64,000 nt of DNA from Torpedo marmorata (lineage: Eukaryota). The stretch lies in NCBI GenBank assembly GCA_977017645.1, contig OZ360250.1, forward strand, positions 36,146,001-36,210,000, given 5' to 3'. Position 1 is the stretch's first letter, and every line of letters begins with the position of its first letter. Below, piece by piece: positions 23,045-34,147 of the stretch. Both the position numbers and the translations under genes were made by a program. Below the pieces are notes generated by a model that was not told the DNA's origin, did no database searches, and saw nothing but the letters and a program-made list of their open reading frames with translations.

Positions 23045-23896
23045 GCCCCTTTCACACTGGCACCTTATCCTGGTAATTGACAGCCAATTTACCGGTTAAG
23101 GGTCCAGTGTGAATGCTCTAGAATCGGCATGCAAGCATCAAATCACGCCGGGGATGGAGGCCTAGACCTCTACTCTCATCCCCGGCGTCAACTGACGCCT
23201 GCGTGCCGATTAGCCCAGTGTGAAACTAACACTTACTATCTAGGGACAAAGTAGTGACACGTTGATGATGTTTTTGCGTCAAGTGCAGGAACGTGAAGGA
23301 AACACAAGATTTTTTTTAAATGTATAAACTTTGCCGACCTACATAAACCTTTATAAATTTCTAAAGGACCGTGGGAAAGTCGCAGCGGGAAAGAGAGAGA
23401 AAGCGATGGTGGACCTGAACTCCCAGAATTCCGTGCGGCAGAGAAACCCCTCCATGGGTGCTCCGTGCATACAGCCCTTTCTCTGCTGCACGGAATTCTG
23501 GGAGGGCCGGTCCGCCATCGCTCTTTCCCACGGTCTTTATAAATTGTGCGCTATTGTTCCCACGGTCTTTATAAATTGTCCGCTATTGCAGCTACAACTT
23601 TCCCATGGTCCTTTATAAATTTATAAAGGTTTATATAGGTCGGCACAACAACAGGGGCTGAAGGGCTCATACTGTGCTGTACATGATCAGGATTTAGGGC
23701 AGGTCCACCATCGCTCGATGCGTCACTGAGACATCACCGGTGGAGGATAAACTCCCCTATCCACGGGGATGCCTTATGATGAGTGTGAAAGGACGCAGTG
23801 TCCCGGTTAACATTGGTCCAGTGTGAACGGCAAAAAAAGCTTCTTTAATCAGGACACTGAACGGCCCATTTACTGGTTAGCCAATGTGAAAGAGGC
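23045..23896. mobile_element. PIF/Harbinger-like non-autonomous MITE with a large internal palindrome
   Basis: TIR gcccctttcacactggc / gccaatgtgaaagaggc; repeated cagtgtgaa motifs; internal inverted repeat ~23332-23647. Confidence 0.65.
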
Positions 23897-24039
23897 TTAT
23901 CTTTCCTTTTTCCTCTGTCTCCTTTCCTTCAGATCTACATTCACAGAGCCACCCCCTCCCCGATCAATTCTCACCTTTCCTCTCCTGTCCTATCTATGTC
24001 CAATTATCACCTTTTGTCTGCCAATTAGGATAGAGTTCT

Positions 24040-25644
24040 GGATAAACACACCTTCTTTGCCCGCTTTGAGAAGAAGAACCAAACAGTGCCTACTGGAATC
24101 CTTGAAAAGGCTGAGGACCCTGTGATATCTGTCTCTGAGGGCGACGTCAGAACATCATTCAAGAGGGTGAACCCTCGCAAGGCGTCAGGCCCTGACGGCG
24201 TACCTGGCAGGGTATTGAAAATCTGCACCAACCAACTAGCCAGAGTGTTCACGGACATTTTCAACCTCTCATTGTGGCAGTCAGAGGTTCCCACCTGCTT
24301 CAAAAGGGCATCAATCATCCAAGAAGAGTAGTGTGGGCTGCCTCAACGACTACTGCCCAGTAGCACTAACTTCTACTGTGATGAAATGCTTTGAGAGGCT
24401 GGTCATGGTCAGAATTAACACATACCTAAGCAAAGATCTGGACCCACTGCAATTCGCCTATAGCCACAATCGCTCCACAGCAGATGCAATATCGCTGGCT
24501 CTCCACTCAGCTCTGGATCACCTCGAAAACAGCAATTCATACATACGGCTGCTCTTCATCGACTACAGCTCGGCCTTCAATACCATTATTCCCTCAGTGC
24601 TGGTCAAGAAGCTACAAACTCTAGGCCTCTGTACCCCCCTCTGCAACTAGATCCTTGACTTTCTCATCGGAAGACCAGAGTCAGTACGAATTGGAAACAA
24701 TGTCTCCTCACTGATTATCAACACAGGCGCACCCCAAGGATGCGTGCTTAGTCTACTGCTCTACTCGATAAACACCCATGACTGTGTGGCCACACACAAT
24801 TCCAATGCCATCTACAAGTTTTCCGATGACACCACAGTTGTCGGCAGAATCATAAACGGCAATGAGGAAGCGTACAGGAGGGAGATAGATCAGCTCGTTG
24901 AATGGTGTAATGGCAACAACCTTGAGCTCAACGTCAGCAAAAACCAAGGAGATGATTGTGGACTTCAGGAGGAAGTCAGGGGAACACGACCCAGTCCTCA
25001 TCGAGGGCTCAGTCGTGGAGAGGGTCAAGAACTTCAAATTCCTGGGTGTCAACATCTCCGAGGATCTGTCCTGGAGCATCCACGTTGATGCAATCACAAA
25101 GAAGGCTCGTCAGCGGCTATACTTTGTGAGGTGTCTGCGGAGATTCGGTATGTCACCAAAGACTCTCGTAAACTTCTACATGTGTACCGTGGAGAGCATT
25201 CTGGCTGGTTGCATCACTGCCTGGTATGGAGGCGCCAACTCCCAGGACAAGAGTAAACTCCAGAGGGTTGTTAACTCGGCCTGTGACATCACAGGCACCA
25301 AACTTCACTCCATCGAGGACATCTACGTGAGGCGGTGTCTTAAAAAGCAGCCTCTATCCTCAAAGACCCCCACCACCCAGGCCATGCCCTCTTCACTCTG
25401 CTACCATCAGGAAAAAGGCACAGGAGCCTAAAGACGAGCACTCAACGGCACAAGGACAGCTTCTTCCCCGCTGCCATCAGATTCCTGAATAATCAATGAA
25501 CCAAAGACACTGCCTTACCTTTCATGTTTATAATTTTTTATAGTAATGTCGTAAGATGGTTAATATGAATGTTAATTGCACTATGATGCTGCCGCAAAAC
25601 ACCGAATTTCATGACTTGTTCATGACAATAAATTCTGATTCTGA
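24040..25644 (+). mobile_element. Rex1/Babar LINE, 5'-truncated, young copy closely similar to 8920-10538
   Basis: RT ORFs 24086..25431; tail aataaattctgattctg. Confidence 0.92.
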
Positions 25645-25920
25645 GGAGATGAGAGACCAGCCATGGGAGCACTGGAATAGGCATCTAAAAACAAGGATGA
25701 AGACACCAGCAATAGATTGACAGGCGGCTTTTCTTTCTTATTGTCCATCAGGTTGATATCGATTAACTGAGAAAAGAGACCCAAGACTCTGAAAAGTGGA
25801 ACCATGGAATAAAAACTTATCTAGTGTCGCTCATTGATTCATATTCAATCATCACCTCAAATTATTGCACTGCCTCCTTTCTCTCTTCTCGCTTTTCCCT
25901 AAACTACCTTCATTTACTGA

Positions 25921-26278
25921 TGGCGGCGCGGTTAGCGCAACACTGATACAGCGCCAGTGACCGAGGTTCGAATCCGGCGCTGTCTGTAAAGAGTAAAACA
26001 CCAAAGTCTGCAGACACTGATTGGATTAAAAACACAAATGATGGAGAAACTCAGCAGGTCATATAAAGTTCACTGTTTGACCTGCTGAGTTTCTCCAGCA
26101 TTGTCTTTTTACTGCAGTCTATAAGGAGTTTGTACGTTCTCCCCGTGTCTGCGTGGGTTTCCTCCCACATTTCAAAACCTACGGGGTTGTAGGTCAATTG
26201 TGTGTAATTGGCGGCACGGGCTCGTGGGCTTGAAAGGGCCTGTTTCCGTGCTGTATGTCTAAATTTAGGTTTTAAAAA
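25921..26278 (+). mobile_element. tRNA-derived HE1/V-SINE interrupted by a short Penelope-end palindrome (25995-26116)
   Basis: B box ggttcgaatcc; V-domain gtacgttctccccgtgtctgcgtgggtttcc; duplicated target gtctgtaaagag / gtctataaggag. Confidence 0.8.
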
Positions 26279-27334
26279 TCTCTTGTATGCCTCTGAATAG
26301 GTACCTCCTGACTTGGTTTAGTGTCTAAATTTGCTTGTTACAGGTGTTGAAGGCATTAATTAAATGCAAGTTGATGTTGTTGTTGCGTGCCCCACACATG
26401 CTAAGAACAGCTGCTGAGTAAAATATTTAACACACAGCAAGTCCAGGACTTGTACTGACACAAGGAGAAGACTGCCTGTCAAAGGTGACTCTTCCAGCCA
26501 TTACATTGCAACTGTTCTGGAGCACTCAGCTAACTGAATTCCATTATTTCAAAAAGCCATTCAATAAAAATCACCAACTGCTTTAACAGTGGTTAGCTGT
26601 TATTATTTTGAAGAGATGCTTTGAAAGCTTTTGATCGCTTTCACAATAACCCCTGCTTTTGTACATGGTGCTTTATTTTGACACAACAAGAGCCACCCTT
26701 AAAAATACAGGTTCTGTTACTGGCAGGGATCTCAGACAATCGATCCTGCAGGTACTTAGCAGTTTGAAACTGCCATAGAACTTCACACCATCACTCTTTG
26801 CAGCAAACCATGTAATCCTAACAGGCCAGTTGAGGCCCATCATTTGAATGAGTTTTGGTTTCAAACTGATCCGAAATGCAAATTATGGCTCTGCTGCAGA
26901 GTTAAGACCAGCGGTGAGAATGCACCTCGAGCAGTTGAACATTGCCTCAACCTCTCATGAACTTCCCTGTTAATAGCTGCCAGCACATAAGATAGTCTAA
27001 ATGCTTCTCTGGTGGGTGAGCAGACTGGCAGGGAACTTAAATAAATCTTTATTTCTCTGTGTTTTAATGCCTCTGCCGTCAGTTACTGTTAAAATTTAAC
27101 TGTTGTCTGGATGCCTCCAAGCAGAGCTCCGGTGCTACATTCCTTGGCCAAAGAAGCAATGCAAACCTTGTCTGATCGCAAATCAACCTGAGCAGGTAAT
27201 AATCTGTGAGTGTTGCTTGTGCACTGTGCTTGTAAAGATAACCTCACTGCTATTGTCTTCTGAAAGGAAAGGATGAATGATTTAAAATAAAAATTACTTC
27301 CCATCTAATGGAAGCTTCAGCTCCAGATTTTTTC

Positions 27335-28520
27335 CGATTTCTGATTTCAGATTTATTGTCAGAATACATACATGACATCACATACAACCCTGAGATTCCT
27401 TTTCTTGCAGCCGAGGCAGAATTACCACTTATTGGTAGTGCAAAAAAAGCTACACAACATACACATGTAAACAAATAAAGAAATGCAAACAAACTGACTG
27501 CAATACAGAGAGAATTTTAAAAAATCAATAAAGTGCAAAGGTAAGAGTCCTTAAATGAGTCAATAGGCCCTTTTGCACTGCCCTTGAAAGACGGTAATTA
27601 ACCACCTTTTAACCGCTTCACTTACCTGTGTGAACGCGACAAACGCGGGATGGGGGTCATTTTCATCCCGTACTTACCCGCCAAGGTAGGTAGTATCAGA
27701 GCCGATGCGAAACGCATCGGCTCCAGTGTAAAAGGCTTACCCGCCTTTCCGGGTCGCCAAAGCTGTAATGCTGCAGGTCCCGCCTCCTTTTGCACCCAGA
27801 TGCCGGGTCCCTATGTAAAAGGTCGCACTGAACTGGCTTTTCCTGGTTCAGTGTGAACGCTCCGATCCGACCCGACCTGGCTTTAAACACGGGTTATTGA
27901 CATGCCAATTTAGTGGGATCTCTGTGTAAAAGGGGTACCTGATTGAGTATATTGTTGAGGAGTCTGATGGTGGAGGGGTAGCAGCTGTTCCTGAACCTGG
28001 TGGCACCTATACCTCTTTCCTGATGGTAGCAGCGAGAACAGAGCGAGTGCTGGGTGGTGTGGATCCTCGATGATTGCTGCTCCTCTCCGACGGCAGCGTT
28101 CCCTGCAGATGTTCTCGATGGTGGGGAGGGTTTTGCATATGATGTCCTGGGCTGTGTCCACTACCTTTTGCAGGGCTTTATGCTCAGGAATATTGGTGTC
28201 CCCATGCCAGATCACGATGCAGCCAGTCAGCACATTTTCCACCACACGTCTGTAGAAATTTGCCAGGTTTCTGGTGTCATACCAAACCTCCGCAAACTCC
28301 TAAGGAAGTAGAGGCGCTGACGTGTTTTCGTCACGATGCCATTAGTGCGTTGGGTCCAGGAAAGATCCTCCGAGATAGTGAGTCCCAAGAACTTAAATTT
28401 GCTCACCCTCTCCACCTCTGATCCCCCAATGATCACTGGATCGTGCACCTCTGGCTTTCCCTTCCTGAAGTCAACAATCAGCTCCTTGGTTTTGGTGACA
28501 TTGAGTGCAAGGTTTATGCC
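27335..28520 (-). mobile_element. Rex1/Babar 3' fragment with a nested MITE
   Basis: LNVTKTKELIVDFRK, FKFLG, VENVLTGCI; same tail as the copy at 5969. Confidence 0.85.
27566..27935. mobile_element. PIF/Harbinger-like MITE
   Basis: Termini ggcccttttgcactg / ctgtgtaaaagggg; splits the Rex1 sequence gagtc|cctgattgag, which is contiguous at ~6182-6196. Confidence 0.65.
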
Positions 28521-28552
28521 ATAGCTTGCAGTCACTCTGGCACCTTGAATTA

Positions 28553-28981
<429 letters not shown>

Positions 28982-29452
28982 TTAAATTACTGAAATCTCT
29001 AGAAACTTGGCGTCAAACTCCATGCACAGTGACAAGCAACTGAAAGATAGTCTCCGCCTTGCAGCCTGAGCTTTGCCTTCAGAGAGTAAATGCAGAGGAA
29101 GTGAAGAGCTGGTTCGGAAATTCTTTTACCCTTTCGAGCAGAGCTATGGAAAGAACCGTCGGTCAGCATGACAGAGGCTGAAGAGCAAACGGTGAACAAC
29201 AACACTATGGAAAAAAATCTCCAAGAACAGAGGGTGGGGGAAACGAGAGATGCTCTGTGAAAATAATAACTGTGGGGGGGGGGGGGAAGGGGTTGAGGGG
29301 AGAAATTAGAAGGTCACAGCCAACCAAGGCAGGCAACGTCAATCACAACCAGCAAAAGAGTATGGCAGTGGAGAAATCCCTCGCAGCCAAATGATAAGAT
29401 GAGCGCTATGGAGAAAAGTGAGGCTGTGGAAAGAGAGAAAGGGGTTGCTTAC

Positions 29453-29536
29453 CCAACTCAGTTATCATTGGGACATTGGCTCCAATGTTTTTTTCCTGAC
29501 TGAATGAAACCAAAGGGAGCAATTTGCCAGGTTTAA
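29453..29536 (-). CDS. KCNMA1: KCNMA1 alternative cassette exon (84 nt, 28 aa; Slo27/Ca27 homolog): VKPGKLLPLVSFSQEKNIGANVPMITEL
   Basis: Acceptor ttctcattcattatcAG, donor GTaagc; symmetric phase 1-1; similar to the mammalian insert AKPGKLPLVSVNQEKNSGTHILMITEL located just before the calcium bowl. Confidence 0.92.
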
Positions 29537-29641
29537 CTGATAATGAATGAGAAATTGGTAAACAGGAGAGTACAACAAAGAAAGAGAACACATAGATCAT
29601 ACTTTCATCAGCACCAATGCAAAGCAGAAATTCATCTGATA

Positions 29642-29826
29642 CAGCAAAACCCCTGGTATCCAGCACCTATGGGGATTGGTGGATGCCGGATAAGTGAATT
29701 TTCCGGTTGTTTGAGATTGGCAAACTAATGGTGAGGCACGCCAATTTTAAACTTCTGTATTTTTTTAACCTATTTCTGCAAATATTTTGCCAGTTGCTTG
29801 AATTACGGATAACTGGGGTTTTACTG
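29642..29826. mobile_element. Tigger/pogo-like MITE
   Basis: TIR cagcaaaacccctggtatcc / ggataactggggttttactg, with TA on both sides. Confidence 0.72.
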
Positions 29827-29872
29827 TATTTACAGTTTCTAAACAAAGGGGTTTGTTAATTAGCTACAAAGG

Positions 29873-30428
29873 AGAAGTTGTATAAGGCCAAATTTGGAAT
29901 ATTGTGCGCAGTTTTGGTCGCCGAATTACAGGAAGGATATAAACAGAATAGTGCAGAGGAGATTTACAAGAATGTTGCCTGGGTTTCTGGGTTTGAGTTA
30001 TAGGGAAAGGTTGAACAGGCTGGGACTTTATTCCCTGGAGCGTAGAAGGTGATTTGATAGAGGTATTTAAAATTATGAAGGGGAAAGATAGAGTCAATGT
30101 GGACAGGCTTTTTCCATTGAGAGTGGGGAAGATTCAAACAAGAGGGCATGGATTGAGATTGAAGGGGGAAAAGTTTAGAGGAAACATGAGGGGGAATTTC
30201 TTCACTCAGAGGGTGGTAGGAGGGTGGAACGAGCTTCCGGCCGAAGTGGTAGATGCAGGTTCAATTTTAATGTTTAAGGAAAAGTTGGATAGGTATATGG
30301 ACGAGAGAGGTGTGGAGGGTTATGGGCCGGGTGCGGGTCAGTGGGACTAGGTGGGAGAATGTGTTCGGCATGGACAAGAAGGGCCGAACTGGCCTGTTTC
30401 TGTGCTGTAAATGTTATATGGTTATTAT
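29873..30428 (+). mobile_element. CR1 3' fragment
   Basis: ORF 30054..30350 (FFTQRVVGGWNELP); same subfamily as 5304-5746. Confidence 0.88.
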
Positions 30429-30626
30429 AAGGACCTTAAGTGACTTCCAGCTTGGATGTTTATAAAAGGCCCATGTACACGTTCCCCAGTTACGTTTCTC
30501 CCTAATTTTCTCCCCTGAAGGTGGTGCCCATGTGGGAGAGTCCCTCGCACAAGAACAGGTAAAGGTTTTCTGGGGGAGGGCTGGGTTAGCATATCCCAGG
30601 TTAATGCTGCCTTGTCAACGCCAATT

Positions 30627-30868
30627 CTGTAAAAGTCCTAAAATCCAGACTGCTTGGGGATTGGGTGGGTCTGGATTTTCATGCAGTACATCTGTGGCGC
30701 ATATGCAGTGAATGCACGTAATGCACGCACGCATGCATGCACTGCACACACGCAAGCACGCAAAGCCGAGAGTTGTCGAGAAGTCCGGATTCTCGGGTGG
30801 TCCGGATTTCAGCCGTGAGTTTTTGATGTCTAGATTCTCAGGTGGTCTGGATTTTTGGACTTTTACTG
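30627..30868. mobile_element. Tigger-like MITE, copy 1
   Basis: TIR ctgtaaaagtcctaaaatccagac / gtctggatttttggacttttactg. Confidence 0.7.
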
Positions 30869-31158
30869 CACATGGTGACCAGACGGCACTGCAGTTGCAG
30901 GGCCGGACCCCCTTCTCCACCACCTGGTCATGTCTGCTGAAGAGCAGGATCCTCGGCTGCATGGCTCCTTCCCTTGAGGTGTTTCTCTACCCTCCCACTA
31001 CCCTCACACCACACACCCCCCCCCCGCCCCCAGGAACACAAGACAATACTTCAATGGAAACCGCTTGTTGTTCTTGAAAGAAAAGCTTCAGTGAAGTTAT
31101 TATCATGAAAATTACCACAGTCATTCAGCTTCTGTCTGGAGAACTCACACATCACATA

Positions 31159-32073
31159 CCGTATTTGACGGCATATAAGACCCCCCTTTTTTTCCACAAA
31201 AATCGCCTCAAAAACCACCCTGGGTCTAAAACGCGAAGGTGACGTTTTGGTGCCGCCATTTTGGGCACCGAGTGGAGTCCAGGAAGCGGGCCCGCAGCTT
31301 CGCGGACCACCTTCCCTTGGGTGGCCCGTGCTTTCCGGAGTCGCCGCCGCTCACTTCCCCCGGTAAGAAGGCTCGCTCTCTCCCTCTTCCCGTTCGCTCT
31401 CCCCGCCCGCCCGCTCGCTCGCCCTCTCCCCGCCCTTGCCCGCTCTCTCACCGCCCCCGCTCGCTCGCCCTCACCCGCTCGCTCCCCGCCCGCTCCCCTC
31501 ACCCTCGCCCGCTCCTCGCCCCGCCCACTCTCACCAACAGTGCTTAGAGGGGAGCGCTGGGCCTCGATGATCAGGCTTTGTTCGACAAGCACGGACCCTC
31601 GAGCAAATTGAATGAGGCGCGGGGGCGGTTGGCAGTGAGCGAGCGGCCTGTTGAGCTGAGCTTGACAGGCCGCTCGCTCACTGCCAACCGCCCCCACGCC
31701 TCATCCAATCAGTTTGGGGGGCCGTGCGCGTCGAACAAAGGCTCAGCATGGAGCCTGATCACCGAGGCCCAGCGCTCCCCTCAAAGCAAGTGATCGATCG
31801 TCTGCTCCCCACGACGGTGGGCCTGGGCCCTGCCCGTTTTCCTGGCTTCTCTCCCTCCCACCCTCACGCGCCCGCAGGTCCCGGCACACCTGTTAATCAA
31901 TTAGCGCTTGGACGGTGGGGGGGAAGCAGCCTGAGCCTCAGCGTGCAGCGGGCAGGAGGACGTGTTGCTGCTGTGAAGGTAAATACACTAAAACAATTTT
32001 TTCCAGAAATCTCACGTTAAAAATGGGGCGGGGGTCCTATATGCCAGTGGGTCCTATATGCCGTCAAATACGG
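31159..32073. mobile_element. Tc2/pogo-like non-autonomous element with a GC-rich interior and a ~250-bp hairpin
   Basis: TIR ccgtatttgacggcatataagaccc / gggtcctatatgccgtcaaatacgg; TA TSD at 31157-31158 and 32074-32075. Confidence 0.85.
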
Positions 32074-32608
32074 TAAGCATAAACAACCCCTGCCAAAAAG
32101 TCCAATATTTAATAGTTTTGTGCTCACTGGCTTGCACTGCTTCTGAGAGTACAGATGATGTGGTTCAATACGAACCTGGATCATTCGGCGTGCGCGATTA
32201 TTTTGGTTTGGGTTAGAGGTGCACAGTTCAATGTTCATTCAACAGTATCAGCTCAAGGGTGGAGGCAACGATGAAACAACTGTGGCTTTGTCACCCAAGA
32301 GATCAGCCAAGGGAGGGAGGAACCGCATCTTGGCTGGGACGTGTTTGGCCCACGTACCAGGCCAGTAAAGAATTTCCTAATCTCAGGTGCCTTCTGGCTG
32401 GAATTCAACAAGGGGATACATGCTAGGCTAATCATCAGTGCAGCCAGTCGTACAGGCGGTCGATCAAATTCTCCCTTAGATGTAGCAATTGGAAAAAACT
32501 TGCCAAGCACCAAGGTAAATTCTTGTTTAATTTGATCAGAAAACAGTGGAAAGAACAAAGAACAATGCAACAGCTTCACCCACAGTCAAAACAATAGCTT
32601 AGAAATTA

Positions 32609-32935
32609 CTGTAAAATCCAAAACTCTGGATGCCAGAAATCCAGACCACCTGAGAATCCAGACTTTTCAAAAACTCTCAACGTTTTAAATTTAGTGGGCT
32701 TTGGCGTGCGTGCGTAAGCACCACAGATGCACTGCAACATTTTTATTTTTACTTAAAACTGCTTGTTTTGATAAATGAAGCACGCTGTATTTGCTAATGA
32801 ATAAACTATCAAAATTTACTTGTTCCTCTCTTCTTTATTCCTCCTTAAATTTGAAATTTAAATGTACTGCCCAATAATCCGGAAAATCCAAACCGACCCA
32901 ATCCCCGAGGAGTCTGGATTTTCGGACTTCTACTG
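32609..32935. mobile_element. Tigger-like MITE, copy 2, inverted relative to 30627-30868
   Basis: TA-ctgtaaaatcc...ggacttctactg-TA; ccagaccacctgagaatc is the reverse complement of sequence near 30833-30850. Confidence 0.7.
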
Positions 32936-32989
32936 TACTTAACAAAACATTAAAGTGTAATAATACTCCTAAAGAGTATATATAAATGG

Positions 32990-33128
32990 GCACACACATA
33001 CACACACACACATATTTGTGTGTGTGTGTGTGTGTCTGTGTGTGCGTGCGTGTGCGTGCATGTGTATGTGTGCGTGCATGTATATGTGTGCGTGTATCTG
33101 TGTGCGTGTATATGTGTGCGTGCGTGTA
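32990..33128. repeat. (CA)n/(TG)n compound microsatellite
   Basis: cacacacatacacacacaca...tgtgtgtgtgtg...tgcgtgtatg. Confidence 0.9.
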
Positions 33129-33129
33129 T

Positions 33130-33356
33130 GACATGGATACAGGTCCTTCCAGCCCACAAGCCAACATCACCCAAATGCACCCATGTGCCCAATTAACCTA
33201 CAAAGTCTGAATCTGGAGGAAACCGAAGCACCTGGGGGAAACCCACGCAGGTCACGGGGAGGACGTACAAACTCCTTACAGACAGCACGGGATTCGAACC
33301 CGGGACGCTGGCGCTGTAATAGTGTTGCACTAACCGCTACGCTAACCACGCCACCC
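33130..33356 (-). mobile_element. HE1/V-SINE
   Basis: Reverse complement has an A-box-like ggttagcgtagcggttag, B box ggttcgaatcc and the V-domain. Confidence 0.8.
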
Positions 33357-33533
33357 GGTTGATCACATTTCAACAATACTTGGGTGCATACCTGAAGAGC
33401 CATGACCTGCAGAGAGATGGACTCAGGGCTAGATGGTGGGATTAGGCAAAATGACTATCAAATAGCACAGACAGGATGGACTGAATGGCCTTTTACTGTG
33501 CAGTCTAATTTAAATGATTCTGAGTTCTTAGAG

Positions 33534-33694
33534 CAGTGGTTCTCAACCATTTTTTTCCCACTCACATACCACCTTAAGTAATCCCTTACTAACCACAGAG
33601 CACCTATGGCATAGAATTCCAAAGGTGCTCTGTGATTAGTAAGGGATTACTTAAATTGGTATGTGAGTGGAAAGAAAAAGGTTGGGAACCATTG
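33534..33694. mobile_element. hAT (Charlie-like) palindromic MITE
   Basis: TIR cagtggttctcaacc / ggttgggaaccattg; imperfect 8-bp TSD tcttagag / ccttagaa; whole element nearly palindromic. Confidence 0.8.
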
Positions 33695-33907
33695 CCTTAG
33701 AAGCAGTGCCAGCTGAAGTTCAGCAGCGTGGCATGGTGATAAATACCCGAAACTTCGTCACTAAGTCAATCACAGACTCAAGCACAAGACTTGCTTCAGA
33801 ATTACTAGACACACTGAGGAAAGTTCACTACATTTATCCCTGACTTTTGGTCAAACATTCAGTTGCATAGTGAGAGGCAAAAGTTGCCCTCTGCCTCCAG
33901 ATTTTTA

Positions 33908-34085
33908 TAAGACCATAAGACATAGGAGCAGAAATAGGCTATTCAGCCCATCGAGTCTGCCCCGCCATTCAATCATGAGCTGATATATTTTCCCACTCAG
34001 CCCCATTGCCTGGCCTTCTCTCCATAACCTTTGATGCCCTGGCTAATCAAGAACCTATCAATCTCGGTCTTAAATGCACCCAATT
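33908..34085 (-). mobile_element. CR1 3' end fragment
   Basis: taagaccataagacataggagcagaaataggctattcagcccatcgagtctg is a CR1 3' UTR and tail. Confidence 0.75.
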
Positions 34086-34147
34086 TAGATACTTCTGTAA
34101 AATCATTCACATCAGGATTGGAAAAGTGCTTCCCAATTGGAGTTGTG

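Larger units (their letters stand above)
22520..24025 (+). mobile_element. Penelope-like element with inverted left arm and GIY-YIG tail, interrupted by a MITE and truncated by Rex1
   Basis: 22835-22990 encodes ...CKLEEEYRIFRLGTLQTDGINIDFSGFC; ~22690-22835 is the reverse complement of ~23900-24020; hammerhead-like motif at 22591-22628 on the minus strand. Confidence 0.75.

Noticed and set aside
31152-31697. Overlapping Arg/Ala/Pro-rich ORFs (also 34256-35027 and 51450-51815)
   Set aside because: Stop-poor GC-rich interiors of non-autonomous elements.
32835-33210. His/Thr- or Cys/Val-rich ORFs
   Set aside because: Translations of a CA/TG microsatellite.
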